Source of the DNA: Anolis carolinensis
Taxonomy: Eukaryota
Length of the DNA stretch: 64,000 nucleotides
Assembly (NCBI RefSeq): GCF_035594765.1
Contig: NC_085844.1
Coordinates: 137,656,107 to 137,720,106, forward strand
Direction: 5' to 3'
In this document: piece by piece, positions 36,368-50,570 of the stretch
How the letters are laid out: the number at the start of each line of letters is the position of its first letter
Position numbering within the stretch: the first letter of the stretch is position 1
The notes under the pieces: generated by a model
Databases searched by the model: none
What the model saw: only the letters and a program-made list of their open reading frames with translations
What the model was told of the DNA's origin: nothing
Position numbers and translations under genes: made by a program

Positions 36368-36622
36368 GCCTGCCTTTCTCTCAATCTGACGGGCCTCGGC
36401 GCCTCTCCGTCGCTAGGCAACAGCGGCTCCGGCTCCGCGCGCGCGGTTGCGAGGGGAAACGCATCCCAAACCTCGACGCTGATTGGTCCTCTCCGCGCTC
36501 GGGCTCCTCATTGGCCGCGCGCCCTCCCTCCTTCCCCGTCGCCGCCCGGGACGTCACAGGTGCGCCGGGCCCCGTTTCCTCTGAGGGAGGGAAGGAAGGG
36601 GGGACGGCGAGCCAAGATGGCG
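36368..36622. promoter_or_regulatory. Bidirectional CpG-island promoter for CCDC96 and TADA2B
   Basis: ATGs 249 bp apart; X-box-like GTCGCTAGGCAAC at 36409-36421; ATTGG at 36482 and 36510; GACGTCA at 36550; YY1-like CAAGATGGCG at 36613-36622. Confidence 0.85.
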
Positions 36623-36886
36623 GAGCTGGGCAAAAAGTATTGCGTGTATTGCTTGGCCGAGGTGAGCTCGCTCCGGTTCCGCTGCACCGAGTGCGTCGAC
36701 ATCGAGCTGTGCCCGGAGTGCTTCTCGGCGGGGGCCGAGATCGGGCCACACCGGCGTTGGCATGGTTACCAGCTGGTGGACGGTGGGCGCTTCACGCTCT
36801 GGGGCGCTGAGGCCGAGGGCGGGTGGAGCAGCCGCGAAGAGCAGCTCCTCCTGGACGCCATCGAGCAGTTCGGCTTCGGCAACTGG
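36617..36886 (+). CDS. TADA2B: TADA2B exon 1 (ZZ zinc finger, start of SANT domain)
   Basis: MAELGKKYCVYCLAEVSSLRFRCTEC...AIEQFGFGNW; AACTGG|gtgaga donor; 270 nt. Confidence 0.97.
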
Positions 36887-37020
36887 GTGAGAAGGAGGAC
36901 GAGGAGGAGGAGGGCAGGGGAATGGGGAGGAGCCTGGGAGTATCGGCCTTCCTGGCGCCGGACGGGGCCTGCCCCTCGGCTCTCTGAGCTGCCCAGACTC
37001 TCAAACTTCATCCATAGCTA

Positions 37021-38391
37021 GGTTGCTGTGAGCTTTCCAGGCAGGCATTCTCGCCTAACGCTTCGCCCACATCTGTGGCAGGCATCCGCAGAGGTTGTGA
37101 GGTTCGCTGGAAACTAGTCAAGTGGAATGTTCAAGGTGGAAGAAAGAACCTGGACACAGCATATTATTTGAGAACACAGAAATGATAGGGTTGTTGTATG
37201 TCTTTCGGGCTGTGTGGCCATGTTCCACACAGCCCGAAAGACATACAACAACCCTGTGATCCCTGCCATGAAAACCTTCGACAACAGAAATGATAGTCCA
37301 CTCTAACAACCACCTTGTCAGACTACACAGAGCAGCCACTGAAATCCACATATTATGCTGTGTCCAGGTTGGTTTATCAAGTGCTCTGCTATGGTTGACT
37401 TCTCTGGTTGGATTAGTCCGCAGTGTCTTTCATGTTCCTTGATTCGTATTTGGGCAACGCTGCCTTTGGTGGTTCCTATGTAGATTTGTCCACAGCTGCA
37501 TGGTATACGGTAGACTCCTGCAGAGGTGAGAGGATCCCTCTTGTCTTTTGCTGATCGTTGCATTTGCTGAATTTTTTAAGAAGACAGAAATACTGGACTA
37601 CTCTAACATCTACCATGCCAGATTACACAGAGAAGTCATTGAAATCCACAAGCATGTGGACAATTTCAACAGAAAGGAGGAAACCACGAAAATGAACAAA
37701 ATCTGGCTACTGGTATTAAAAAACTCCAAAATCAGAACAGTAAATAATGAACAACACCTAGAAGAAAGGGGAATTCCAGACATGAAACAATCAGGGCTAG
37801 CAAACACCTCCCAACAAAGGATCCACCCAGGCAGGAAACAGCCAGACCTTGAAGCTGAATTGCTAATCAAGGTGGCCAATTGAAACATTCACAACAGACA
37901 AGAGTTCTTTCTCCCATCCTGAACATTCCATATGTGTGTGTAAGTCTCACTTATCCAAGCTAAACGGGCTGGCAGAAGCTTGGATAAGCGAATATCTTGG
38001 ATAATAAGGAGGGATTAAGGAAAAGCCTATTAAACATCAAATTAGGTTATGATTTTAGAAACTAAGCACCAAAACTTCATGTTATACAACAAATTTGACA
38101 GAAAAAGTAGTTCAATACACAGTAATGTTATGTTGTAATTACTGTATTTACGAATTTAGCACCAAAACATCACGATATATTGAAAACATTGACTACAAAA
38201 ATGGCTTGGATTATCCAGAGGCTTGGATAAGTGAGGCTTGGATAAGTGAGACTCTACTGTATATAGACCCCACTAGACTAGATTCCAACACACCTCACAA
38301 CCTCTGAGTATGCCTGCCATAGATGCAGGCAAAACATCAGAAAAGAATGCTTCTGAAAGATGGCCATACAGCCCGGAAAACTCACAGGCAA
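37021..38391. mobile_element. Rearranged Penelope (Poseidon-like) insertion with inverted ends
   Basis: Minus-strand SAGVYRIPCSCGQIYIGTT (GIY-YIG); plus-strand HREVIEIHKHVDNFNRKEE; hammerhead remnants at both ends. Confidence 0.88.
37943..38259. mobile_element. Tc1/mariner-pogo-type MITE nested in Penelope
   Basis: Partial left TIR agtctcacttatccaa; right TIR ttggataagtgagactctactg followed by TA. Confidence 0.85.
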
Positions 38392-38789
38392 CGCAAAGAC
38401 TTATGTGCTGGTGTCAACGCCTTTTTGGCATTAATCTTTTCACAGCATACTAATCCAGTTTTACTAGCAAAGCCGAGGTTAAACCAACCAATCCCTTATC
38501 AGAGAGCCGCACACATGCAGGAATTGTAATAACATCTCATGAAAACCTTTTCATTTATACATTTTAAAAAATACATTTATTAATTATTTATTTATTTGAA
38601 AAAGTTTTACACTGCCTTTCCCCACTTAAGGGCTCAAGGCAGCTTACAGCAGATAAAAACATACATAATAAAAGTTGAAACATATAAGAGCAAATATTAG
38701 TAGTTGCTGTCACACATCTTAAAACATACATTAGACTATAATAAAACCTTTAAACCACCCCTAAATACATCATACAGTCTAGGTTCTTC

Positions 38790-39190
38790 AGAATGTAGGA
38801 CAATAAGATAATAACAGGAAAAACTGGCAATGATCCAGAGAGCAGTGGAAAGAATGATGTGTGGCGTGATAATAAGAAATAAAGTCAGCAATAAAGAGCT
38901 GCGTCAAAGAACTAGGGTGCATAACATGATCAATGAAATCTATGAGGCAAAAAGAAGGCGGGCAGGGCATAGAGCATGAACAAAAGACAGCTGATGGACA
39001 TGTCGACTAATGAACTGGATACCAAGAGACCACAAGCGGCCTTTGGGCAGACCTAGTATTCGATGGGATGAACCAATGGTTAAGCTATTGTCCAAAAATG
39101 GAAAAGTAAAGCACAGGGTCATATATTTTGGCAGATGGTAGACTTGCTTGAAGCCCAAAGGAATGGATCGACAACAAAGGATAGGAAGAT
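38790..39190 (+). mobile_element. Decayed RTE-clade LINE 3' fragment
   Basis: QRAVERMMCGV, SNKELRQRT, WIPRDHKRPLGRPSIRWDE remnants. Confidence 0.7.
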
Positions 39191-40489
39191 AATAACATAC
39201 ATTTCCAAGGTTTTGTTATTTGCACGACACATCTACAAACGGCAGTCGACACACTAATGTGTCATGACACACAGGATGGAAAACTGCATTAGAGTGTTGG
39301 CTGCTGTGTGGACCTGTCACACACATAATGAGTCTATGTGAAATACGCAATAAATCATATGTTTTAAACAATATAAATGAAAGATTTTCATGAGATCTGT
39401 CCCCATTCATTTAGTTATTACAGTTTATGTATGTGTCCATATCATTTTGATGGGTTGGTCTAGCCTCCTGTTTGCTAGGAAAAGCGAACTACTGTGTTAC
39501 AAAATGATGCATGCACCAACGGGAAATTTTTGGAAAGTTCTGCTCTATTGTTGTTGGTTTTAACTTTCATTCCAAATTAAAACATTCAAAGAAGTTCCAG
39601 TTCCCACATCACTTTTCAGTTCTTTGCTCTATGAAGCTTCTAGTGAAAATGTGAAATCAGGCATTCTGTGTTGTCACAGCCAAGGGGTGGATTCCCCCTC
39701 TCCCCCTCCATGCTACCCTGTAGTCAAGAGAGCCATCTAGGCATCAGCTAGTTTTGTATTTGATTTGAATCATTCTATTGTAACTCTCTGGAGCTGATTG
39801 GGTTGGCTTTTTGTTGTATTTTGATGCCCTATATCTTAAGACAATTCTTTTTATTGTGGATTTTCTCGTCATGCATGACCTTATAGGATAGAAAAGCATC
39901 TAGCACATTTTAATGTACTTATGGTTTGTATAACCTTGTAATGAATTTTAATATTTTTAGTGTTTTAACTTTACAAGTTGCTTAATTGCTTTTTGGTTCA
40001 GTTCTATATTCATATTTTTATTACAGTTTTTTTACTGTATTTCTGTATTGTTTTAAAATATAGTTAGTCATCTTGAGTCTCATTATTGGGAGAAAGGTAT
40101 CATCATCATCTTTTAGATACCCTAAGTAGAGTAAATTGCTGAAATAGGCTAGGGCTAGTTGTCTGCTGTGTTACATATCAGTAAATTGGGAGTCTTATGG
40201 TTTTTTAAATAGAGGACTTAGAAGTGTTTTTTCCAGGAATCTCTAGGTTTCAAGAATCTACAGACAATATATTTCATACATCTATGGAATGTTCTTGTCA
40301 TACAAAACTTCGGAACCTATGGCTTTTCAGAGAACATAGTCTCCAAATGCTATCATCCTTGACTATTTGGGACATTAGCAAGAGATTGATGGAGTCTTAG
40401 AACAATCACAAATTCTCTTCTCCCCTTGTAAACAGTTGTCTTGAGGTCTCTCATATTAATAGTTCTGGTATTCTTTCATTCTATTTTAG

Positions 40490-41482
40490 GAAGATATGGC
40501 TGCTCATGTTGGAGCATCGCGGACACCCCAGGAAGTGATGGAACACTATGTGAGCATGTATATACATGGTAACCTTGGAAAAGCCTGCATCCCTGACATT
40601 ATTCCAAACAGAGTGACAGATCATACCTGCCCAAGCGGTGGTCCACTTTCTCCTAGTCTAACAATGCCTTTGCCACCCCTGGACATATCAGTGGCTGAAC
40701 AACAACAGCTGGGTTACATGCCACTTCGTGATGATTATGAGATTGAGTATGACCAAGATGCTGAGACTCTGATTAGTGGCCTTTCGGTTAATTATGATGA
40801 CGACGATGTGGAAATTGAATTAAAAAGAGCCCATGTAGACATGTATGTAAGAAAACTGAAGGAAAGGCAGCGCCGAAAGAACATTGCCCGTGACTACAAC
40901 CTGGTTCCTGCTTTTCTGGGGAAAGAAAGAAGAGACAAAGAAAAACCTTTGAAACGCAAAATTACTAAAGAAGAAAAAGAGCTGAGATTAAAACTACGGT
41001 CTCTCTATCAGTTTATGTCTTGCAAGGAGTTTGATGACTTTTTTGAAAACCTACACAAGGAGAAGATACTTCGAACCAAGATTAGGGAACTACAGCGGTA
41101 TCGACGGAATGGTATAACCAAAATGGAAGAGTCTGCAGAATATGAAGCAGCCAGACACAAACGAGAAAAAAGGAAAGAAAATAAAAACATTAGTACTTCT
41201 AAAAGAGGAAAAGAAGATGGTAAAGATGGTGAATTTGCTACAATTGAAAATCTACCTGGTTTTGAATTATTATCTGACCGAGAGAAAGTACTTTGTAGTT
41301 CTATTAATCTGAGTCCTGCACGTTATGTGACTGTTAAAACTATCATCATTAAAGATCATCTTCAAAAAAGACAGGGCATTCCATCAAAAAGTCGTCTACC
41401 TAGTTACTTGGATAAAGTACTAAAGAAAAGGATTTTGAATTTCTTAACGGAAAGTGGTTGGATATCAAGGGATGCTTCCTGA
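40490..41482 (+). CDS. TADA2B: TADA2B exon 2 (to the SWIRM domain); full protein 420 aa
   Basis: ctattttag|GAA GAT ATG acceptor; LGYMPLRDDYEIEYDQDAETLIS and ILNFLTESGWISRDAS*. Confidence 0.97.
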   Translation, partial: EDMAAHVGASRTPQEVMEHYVSMYIHGNLGKACIPDIIPNRVTDHTCPSGGPLSPSLTMPLPPLDISVAEQQQLGYMPLRDDYEIEYDQDAETLISGLSVNYDDDDVEIELKRAHVDMYVRKLKERQRRKNIARDYNLVPAFLGKERRDKEKPLKRKITKEEKELRLKLRSLYQFMSCKEFDDFFENLHKEKILRTKIRELQRYRRNGITKMEESAEYEAARHKREKRKENKNISTSKRGKEDGKDGEFATIENLPGFELLSDREKVLCSSINLSPARYVTVKTIIIKDHLQKRQGIPSKSRLPSYLDKVLKKRILNFLTESGWISRDAS

Positions 41483-44400
41483 ATCTTGTCTGCTTTGGAA
41501 TAGCATTATGAACTAAGGACCCATTGTTGTCAAGAATAGTCTGTTTACCTGCCTCTTTAAAACACAAACACACCTAGGCTATATCTTGTTTAATGCCAAC
41601 TCCTCAACCAATAGATTTTTCTGAATTAGATCATGCAAATGGTAAATTCTACTTTGTGCCCTACACTTGGAAGTCATCTTGTAAAAAACATTATGATGAA
41701 ATGGCTCATTGATCTGTTGACTAGTCTCTCAAATGTGAAACATGAAGCCCTAGCAATAGTTTTTGAGTATTTATGCCATACAAGCTATTTTTGTAGGGAG
41801 TGGGAGAACCTTCAGTTGTGGGCTTTTTGTTTTTGTTTTTGATGTAGTGCTGTCTGGGGATGCCATTTTCTGCACATTTACATTGGAAGCAAGACGCATT
41901 GAATCTTCTGGGTTCTTTGCTGGAATATCTGTGCATGTGCTGCATGTGCCTCTTAATCTTGGCTACTGAATTACAAAAGCACAACAAGATTAAGATTTGT
42001 TGATGAGCATCTTTAGTCGTGATGCCGCTTTGTTGATCATTGGCAAAGCATTGTATTCTGCTTTACTATTAGCAAAATATCAGGCAAGAGGGCATTAAAA
42101 ACAAAGTATTTCATGAAGAACAGCTTTAATGCTAGATTGGCTTATTTTTCTAGGGATGGGCAAATTCCAGGGGTTAATTTTATCTCTTAGGGACTTGCCA
42201 AGTTCCTCACACACATCAAAATATGAGTTTTTTCTTTTTTGAGAAAACCACTGGAAACAGATCCCTCCCATCCTAAAGCAGAATTGAGAATCATATTGCC
42301 CTCCCATTGGTTGCCACTTTCTCATCATTCAAAATGCTAACTAGCACTTCTGGGAATTGCCATTAGGAAGGATTTGGAAGGCTATATAATTATATCATTC
42401 TCAACTATAGCAAGGATTCCATCATTAACAGCTCACCTTTTTCAGTTATTTGGCTTTGAGCAGGCTAAATGATTTCAACCCTTGATCTGGTTAAATATAG
42501 ACTAACTCCCATTGGAAGACCTGGCAAATACGTTGTGTCCCAATGTACTACATGCAGTGGTGATGAGCCAAGATCTCTAGTGGGTTACTGCTTTTTTTAC
42601 GAGTTTCATTTGATCCAAAGAAAAATGAGAGTCAGCCAAACTATTCTGTTTATTTTAAAACTTTTTACATAATAGATTTCAGGTAGTTTGCACCCAGTTA
42701 TGATGACCAAAAAACACATCGCTCACCAGGCCTGAAAGTGACTAGGCAACCTCCTTCGTTTTTCAGATTTTGCAGACAATAAAATAGGAGACTATCTGAG
42801 CAACATTTGGGAATCAGTTGCAAGTAATGGAGGCTCAAATTGGGAATGATGCCGTATGCCATTGTAACGGGTGGTAGAGAGGACAAACTTGAAGATTAGT
42901 CAGGGCTGTTTTTGTATAGTGTTATATTCACTCATCCATTGCCATTTTATTGGCTGTTAGAGCAGACACAACTTTGGCCATTGTCCAGGAATCTGTAGAC
43001 TTTACCCAGTGCCTTCTTTGTAAGAACAGTTCTGTTTGCACCTCTCCAAACAGCATATAAACCTGGGATGATGGTGGCTCTAGAAACAGTTTTGCTGTGT
43101 GATGTAGAAAGAAAATGTTGAAAGCAGTCGGGATTGGATGTATACAAGTTTTCCAACATCAGCAGAGGCCATACTAATTATGTCTGATACTCCAGTGATG
43201 CTGTCTATCTACTTAGTTTGCTAGAGATTGAACCTTGCTGCTTGCTACCTACTTTTATCTACATTCAGAACTTTCTGGGCCTTGAAAACACAGGTCTCTG
43301 TACAACATGGGCAGCACAATCATAAGTTTACAGCAGTCATTTTGATTTCAGTGGGACTTTGTCCACAGTGAATGTGCTTAAAATTACAGCCTTAAGGTTC
43401 CTGTTTTCTTAAAACTCTTTGTGAATACAGTGCTGTTATACACATGCAGAATTCTGGACTTTTCCATTTCAGACTTGAGTGGTGCATTGTACTTTAAATG
43501 TTCCTTCCATGTAATAAACTAGCAGAGTCAAGGGCAGCTTAGAGAAGCATTAAAATGACATACCACTTGCTGTCCATGGTCGCATAGTCTACCACCTCGA
43601 TTTGCTGCAGATCTAGCCTGTCTGTTACAAGCAGTCTGTTATTGCATATTTTAATGTTTCATCATTAATGTATAGCTCTATATAGCTATTACGGGGTAAT
43701 TTTGGCATATTCCAACTTCTAGCAATTGATGAACATACTAATGATATGAAGGCCACAGTCCCCCCCCGCCCAAAAGTTCAGTTTCCGTGCTTCTCATTAT
43801 GTTCTTTCTCAAATTGTGAGTTTAATTACTATTTTGCCTTGAGAACTCTGCTCACAAGCTTTGAAGTTTTGTATCAGGAGCGGAAAGCATGTGACTCACC
43901 AGATGTCAAGCTCCCCAGCAGCCTTAACCAGAATAGGCAATAGTGAGGAATTCTGGAAGTAGTAGTCCAACAGATGGAGGACCATGTGATTCCCAGCCAT
44001 GTCATATATTTGATACAGAGCTTTAGATTTTGGCCTTTATCGAGAGACAGTCCCATTGAAGACAATGGGGCTGAAGCACAAGTAACTCTCAGGAAGGGCA
44101 CAGTTCTTCCAGGTGGTCCAGACCTTTTTAAAATTCCTAAACTTTCTTATACAGGTTCCATTATTTAGATGTTTATTAAGGTTTAGCAGATCCATAAGAA
44201 ATTGACTGTTAGTCTGTATGCTATCCATACATCTGGTAGTTCATTACAAATAATTTCAGATAGGGAAGATTAAAGCCTTACATTTTATTAGCCTTTTACT
44301 GCTGCTTGAGAGAAGCAACTGGTGCTAAACGTAACTGATTGATATTCCAAACATGTTTTCAGTTTGTGCATTTATTACACATCTGCAAAGGTTTTACATT

Positions 44401-44748
44401 TTCACAAGAAACAAATCTTCCTGCAAAGCCTCTTCAAAAATTTACAAATAAACATTTTAATATCACTAATGTTTCATTAACATTATTTAGAAGTAAATTA
44501 CTAAATGAAATCACTGAGCTAGTGCCTGAAATCTGAAATATGCATGGCAGAATTATTTCCTAACAAACAAACATGTAAATAGCATTGGGACTACTTTCAT
44601 TGTCCAGGAAAGACGAATCAAACTATTTACTGCATGTTGTGTTGTTATAGAATCAACCAGATTTTGACAAAATTTTAGATCAATACTGCACTATCAGAGC
44701 ACATTTGAGGGAAATCTAGTCAAGTAATTTTGTACTGCTGCACAAGTA

Positions 44749-45202
44749 CAGGCAGTCCCCAACTTACAAACGGCTCATAGTTACAAATGGGGGTGAGGCA
44801 ACAGGAAGTGAGAGAAATCTACTCCCAGGAAGAGAAATTCACTCCTGAAATCATAATTTAGGGGAAAATGCGTCTCAACCAAAGCTTTATCACCAAGCCT
44901 TGTTTCCACAGAATGCCAGATTTTTCAAAATCCAATTATCACAGGGATAGAAAGTGGGGTGAAATCTGAATGGGCACATACAGCAACACTAACACCACAG
45001 GGGTGTTAGCTTTTCCCTGTGCTATCCAAAGCTTTATATAGAGAGAGACAGAGAGGGAGAAAGAGAGAGAATATATATATGTATATGTATGTATGTATGG
45101 CTGGAGTTACATTTTAAAAAGTACCTGTCCAAACGTACATACAAATGAAACTTAAGAACAAACCTACAGAACCTATCTTGTTCAGAACATGGGGACTGCC
45201 TG
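44749..45202. mobile_element. Tigger/pogo-type MITE
   Basis: TIR CAGGCAGTCCCC / GGGGACTGCCTG with TA on both sides. Confidence 0.85.
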
Positions 45203-48187
45203 TATAGTAATATCACTTTCCCTTTTCCATTAAAATGAAATTATTAAAAGCGCTCCACAATTTCATATGGCATCTTTCTAATGGTGCATACTGTGCTGTA
45301 GATACAGGTGGCTTGTCAATTCTACTAATCTCTAGAACTGCAGAAAGGGAAGTGGAACTACCCTACAAAACTTAGGATGTTTTGATTTTCTACTTGCCGA
45401 TTACTCAGAGCACTTTTGCAAAACCAACAAAAGTCTTTCACGGTAAAGAAAGGTACAAAGCTATATCTACGTCTTCACACTTGGCAGGTATTCCAAGCAC
45501 CTGAGAAGTGAAGACATACTTGCTCAGCAGCTTGGGAGAAAGGTTACTTTCATATTGCACAGGAAATGTCTTTAAGTATTGCTTTTGGGTTGGCCTTCAG
45601 CAGCAGCAATATGAAGGTATACTAGTACCCAATTCTGATGAACAACTGCTGTGAAGAGGAACATAATCAAACTTAACTAGTAGGATTTTGCCTGCATTAG
45701 GCTGTATAGTTGTTTAATATAAAGCCCTGCTGAGCAAAAACTACAAGGGGAAGGCATTTTCATTAGATGTACAAGTGGCAAATTGAGATTTAGTTGAGCA
45801 CCATATGCTACATGGATCAATATGCAAATAGTTCCATAGACACAGAATACACCAGTCAATATAGCCAAATCAGTGTAAACAAAATTTCAAGAACAATGTA
45901 GAATCAATTCGGGGACATTTTAAAAAATAGTATCCACATTTACATATCCAAAAAAGTCAAGTTGGAGACCAGCACTTTCCTATGTTGAGCATTCTTTCTG
46001 TAATCACAAAAAAGAAACAATATTCTATATCAGGATGTCAAATCTAATTTTATCGAGGGCCACATCAGCCTTATGGTTGCCTTCAAAGGGCTGTTTGCAA
46101 TCGTAAGATTGCATAAATGTTGCACTGGCATTGAAAGCCTCATGGACCACTAAAAATGACGCAGTGGGCTGGATTTGGCCAAGCCTTGCATTTGACACAT
46201 GTGCTTACTTGAATTAAAATAATACGGAAATCCATAGCCATACTAAAAATGCCAGAGTGAGGACCTTATGTAGCATTTCAGTACAAGTGAACAAGGTAAG
46301 AAAAACATGTTGTCATGAACAGGTTCTATAAGTACTCAAGCGATTGGGGGGGGGGGGGAGGCTTCATCAAAATTAGATTTTGATATGAACAGTGGATAAG
46401 TTGAGGATCATTCTGCAGAGAAAAAAGTGCCAGTGCTGACTTTGGGTCAGCCATCCCACATTATTCCTACTTAGGCATTCAAAAAGTCCAGAAACAGCAT
46501 TGCAGCCGATTAAAAAGGGGGTGCTTCTTTTATGGTCTTCCAGGATGAATACAGCTTGTTCCTTCTGCTACTCTACTTAGAGAGGGGGAGGATACCTTTT
46601 TGAAAATTAGATTTAAAGTATAGTACTTACATTGTGTTTTGAATCAATTTTGACAAGATTGCCTTTATGAGCCAACTTTTAAAAAAGGGTTGGGAAAGTA
46701 TTATGGCTGGTTTTACATACTTAGTAAAACATCTAATTTACTCCTGAAAAAGTTAGAAAAAAATATCAGCCACTCAAGGATCTTAATGAGCTTAACAGTT
46801 TTGCTCTCGCCAAAACAACCTTTATTTTTATACTGTCAGGAACAGAAATCATGTGGCCCAGCTCCCACCACTGGAACCTCTAGTTCAACAACACCTGATG
46901 GCACGTGTCATTGCCAATCCAAGGTAAGAGACAGGTTTGTTTTGTTTTTTTTTTTAAAAAAAAACTTCCTCTCTCCTGTGGAAAGTGAAGCCAGGATGGT
47001 GTTGTGTAGATTTGCACTATTGTGAAGACTGAGGCTAGAAACAGGTATGTAAAAAACATTTTAAATAAGGCTGTTTCCTTATCAACGGCTACAAGGAACA
47101 ACACCAACATTTTGAGTTTGATGTGTTTGTGCTAGCATTCTGATATGACAATATGGACTTAAAATGAGAGTATGCCTCCACTTCTGGGTTAAACATGACT
47201 TATCTAGAAATCCAAAATCCTCAAAAATACATTATTGTCCATGTGGGTGACTAAACATAGCAACACCTATTTCCTGATGGTTCAATTTACACAAAATTCT
47301 TTACTGTATAAAATTCCCTTCAGGCGATGGGTCTAAGGAATATATGAAATATAATATGTTTAGACTTGAGTCACATTTCCAAGATATTTCATTTAGCGTA
47401 TGCAAATATGAGTGTTCCAAAATTCAAAAAGCTGCTCTAAAGCATTTCAAATAAAAGATACTCAATTGCTATGAAAAAAATGCTTCCAAAAAAGAGCTAA
47501 GCAGAAGATGTATAGGTTTAATCACCAAGGTTCCCTGGAAACACATTAGCAGCAGTCTTTTAGCCAAATGCACTTGTGGACAAGCATAATCTTTTTGCTC
47601 CTGACCTGCACAGTTGTTCATGTATCTACAGAACACTAAGTTTTACATCTGGAAAGCACAGGGCCCTGGCCCACTTGCTGTAGTAAAATTTGTTTACCAA
47701 TAGATATTTCAAAATACTTAAGTGTTCACCACTAAGATACTATGGAAAAGATTTATTCCACTTGTTATTAGGTGCATCCCTTGAAACAGAGGAAATTAAG
47801 CAGATGTGAGACTGAAGTATAACTTTCTTTATAAAGGAATGAGCAAGAAACAGTGCTGCAAGATATAAATATAAAACGACACTGAGTGTTCCAAGATTTT
47901 CATCTTGGACAATGATTTACAGTGCATTATTTTTGTTGATAAGTTGCCTAATTACAATGCAGAATACTTCTAAATAATCACAAGAAGAATATGCATGACT
48001 TGTACTTGGAATTAATACCACCCATTAACGCATCTCTCCACATTATCAGTAGCCACTTTAAGAGCCACTTTGATCTGCACTGATGCTCCATCTATGACCT
48101 GGCTTAGCGTCCCACGTCTTGTATAGAGAAGCATTATTCAGGAATCATAACAGTTGTGAGATGCTTTGATTACTTCAGGAAATATTT

Positions 48188-48534
48188 CTAAGGATCTTTC
48201 ACAACACCTACTAAAGCAGGCCGCAAAGTACGGCCATGCAGCTTGTATCCAACTTTAGATACTAAAGCAACAGTGCCAGGCTCTTTATCTTCCATGGGGA
48301 CATGGAACAAAGCTTCATGTTCATAGGGGTCAAATTTGGCTCCAAGAGGATTCAGTTTAATCAAGCCATGCTTTTTGAATACTTTCTGAATCTGAGCTTC
48401 TGTCATGGCAAGACCCTCATAAAGGTTCTTCAGATGAGGATTGCCTTCCTTGAGTTCCTCTTTGGGAACGGATTCAGTGGCTTTTTCCAAAACATCGGCA
48501 ACTTCCAGTAAGTCTTTGCAGAAACTTTGAATTC
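48188..48534 (-). CDS. GRPEL1: GRPEL1 exon 4
   Basis: ttttag|GA ATT CAA acceptor; FDPYEHEALF and VGYKLHGRTLRPALVGVVK GrpE signature. Confidence 0.97.
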
Positions 48535-49390
48535 CTAAAATGGAAAACCACAGTAAATGTTCAGTCACTGTATAAAGATATACTGTTATTTTATCTGACT
48601 GTAAGATTTGTTTCTGATATTGAAAATGGAAAGTTTGTTCCAGCTACCTACTTCTCAAATGCCTGGGGCTCTGGGTTGCACTTTAAGCCAAGCGTGGGGG
48701 GGGGGGGGGACATGATTGGGGGGGGGGGGGACATGAACAACCACATACCATTTTTTTTAATGAAGTGGTGAGAAATCCATGCCTGGTTTAAGAAACAATT
48801 CATTTTATTAATTTATACACATACACACACAGATTTAAAAGGTGCCCCTCTCCCTCCGGAGGACAAATACAGAGCCAATGCCACAGTCTGAGTAGCTTGC
48901 ATATCACTGATTTCACTGAATTACTCTGTACATATTTTCAAAAGCATAATATTTATAGCTGGAGCAATACCAACAACCCAGACTTCTTCAAACCCACATT
49001 TAAGCCTACCATGTAAGATTGCATAATATAGTTATTTTCATGTTCTCATTATCTCGAAACCAAGGAGACACTAAGAATCTCCTGTACATTTGACTTTGTA
49101 CGAGTATTAGAATAGAACTTGTGACAACTGCAGTTTGTTATAAACGCAAAGGTTTATGCCTCTTTGAATTGTTTTTTATGGTGACTTAAGAAAAAGGAAG
49201 AGCCCATCTCTGCATCTGGCCTCAATGTTAACAAAATGTAAACAAAAAAAGTTATAGTTTACCAACTGAAAACCATCAACATCCTCAAAGCAGCACTGCA
49301 GTGTCTTTTCTGAGTTTCCAGGTTTCAGTTTTCACTTAGATAAGTAATAATGCTTTGATTTTAGTACCAACAAGCAAGTCCTAAACTCAC

Positions 49391-49472
49391 CATATAACTT
49401 TGCTTCTTCTACCAATTTCTGAGTTCTCTGTCGTAGATTTTCAGCATCTGCCAAGGCACGTTTATATTTGTC
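49391..49472 (-). CDS. GRPEL1: GRPEL1 exon 3 (DKYKRALADAENLRQRTQKLVEEAKLY)
   Basis: tttttcag|GAC acceptor and TATG|gtgagt donor; 82 nt. Confidence 0.96.
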
Positions 49473-50132
49473 CTGAAAAAGAAAAACATGAACATTAAAA
49501 ATGTAAGGTTAGATGCTATGTGTTAAGCAGGCAAGCAAAACACATTATTCTACGCTTTCCTACTTCAACCTAAAGCACATAAACACGTAGAATTTGCATT
49601 CTGTTTAATCCTAAACCACCTGCCACATTTAGGACTGGTTTTTACTCCAAGCCTTTTCAACTCAAGCTTTATAGTATGAACATGTTATATAAGCAGTCTT
49701 TTTTAAAATGGAGAAGCTTTTTTGTGGCAAAAATTATATAAATACAACTTACACAATTGAAATTCACTTTGGAAGGCAAGTCTGTTTATTAATTAATGGC
49801 AAACCCTAAGCACTACATCCCTTTACACAATGAAGAGCTACAACTTCAAATGACGTATGGGGAGGAAATTGGGCCACATGTAAAGACTTCAGAATAGCTT
49901 TAATTGATTTTATATATGACATTATTTTATATCTTTGCTATGCTGTTGCTGTCACTTCAAGTTCTGATTCCTGAATCAATTATCAAAAAGTTACAGGAGT
50001 ATTCCTATCCACTAAGTAATTTGCATCTTCCACATGTTATGCAGGCAAGAGCAATTCAGCATCTGGTGGGCCACAAGTTGCCCCCACTGGCACTAATTAG
50101 CTTAAGAACAGACAAACCAACATGATTCTTAC

Positions 50133-50298
50133 ATTAATTTCTTTTAATTGTTCTTCCAATTTGGTCTTTTCCTCCATTAATATCTTTGTGGCAGAATCAG
50201 AGTCAGGCTTTCGTTCAACATGGTTCTGGTTTGTGTCCTCGTCTACATTTGGTCCAGTATTTTTCTCCTGTGTCACTGTACACAGCAGCTGAGAAGTT
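50133..50298 (-). CDS. GRPEL1: GRPEL1 exon 2
   Basis: ttttgtttcag|A ACT acceptor and AAT|gtaaga donor; LLCT...EEKTKLEEQLKE; 166 nt. Confidence 0.93.
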
Positions 50299-50428
50299 CT
50301 GAAACAAAACAAGGTTCAATACAACTGAAGAAACTGGGACTAAAAGAGAGTACAGTATTTAATCTCATTTCAAGTACAGAATGATATATTATTCCAGGAA
50401 ACCATTTAGTATAGTGAAAAATATGCTG

Positions 50429-50570
50429 GGGCCCCTTCCACACGGCTGAATAAAATCCCACATTGTCTGCTTTGAACTGGAATATATGACAGTGTGGACT
50501 CAGATAACCCAGTTTAAAGCAGATATTGTGAGATTTTCTGCCTTGATATTCTGGCTGTGTGGAAGAGCCC
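50429..50570. mobile_element. PIF/Harbinger-like MITE (related short copies near 50967-51037 and 59481-59643)
   Basis: Terminal inverted repeats ggccccttccacac / gtgtggaagagccc; internal palindromy. Confidence 0.6.

Noticed and set aside
36560-37021. 153-aa ORF as a stand-alone gene
   Set aside because: It is TADA2B exon 1 plus UTR and intron read-through.
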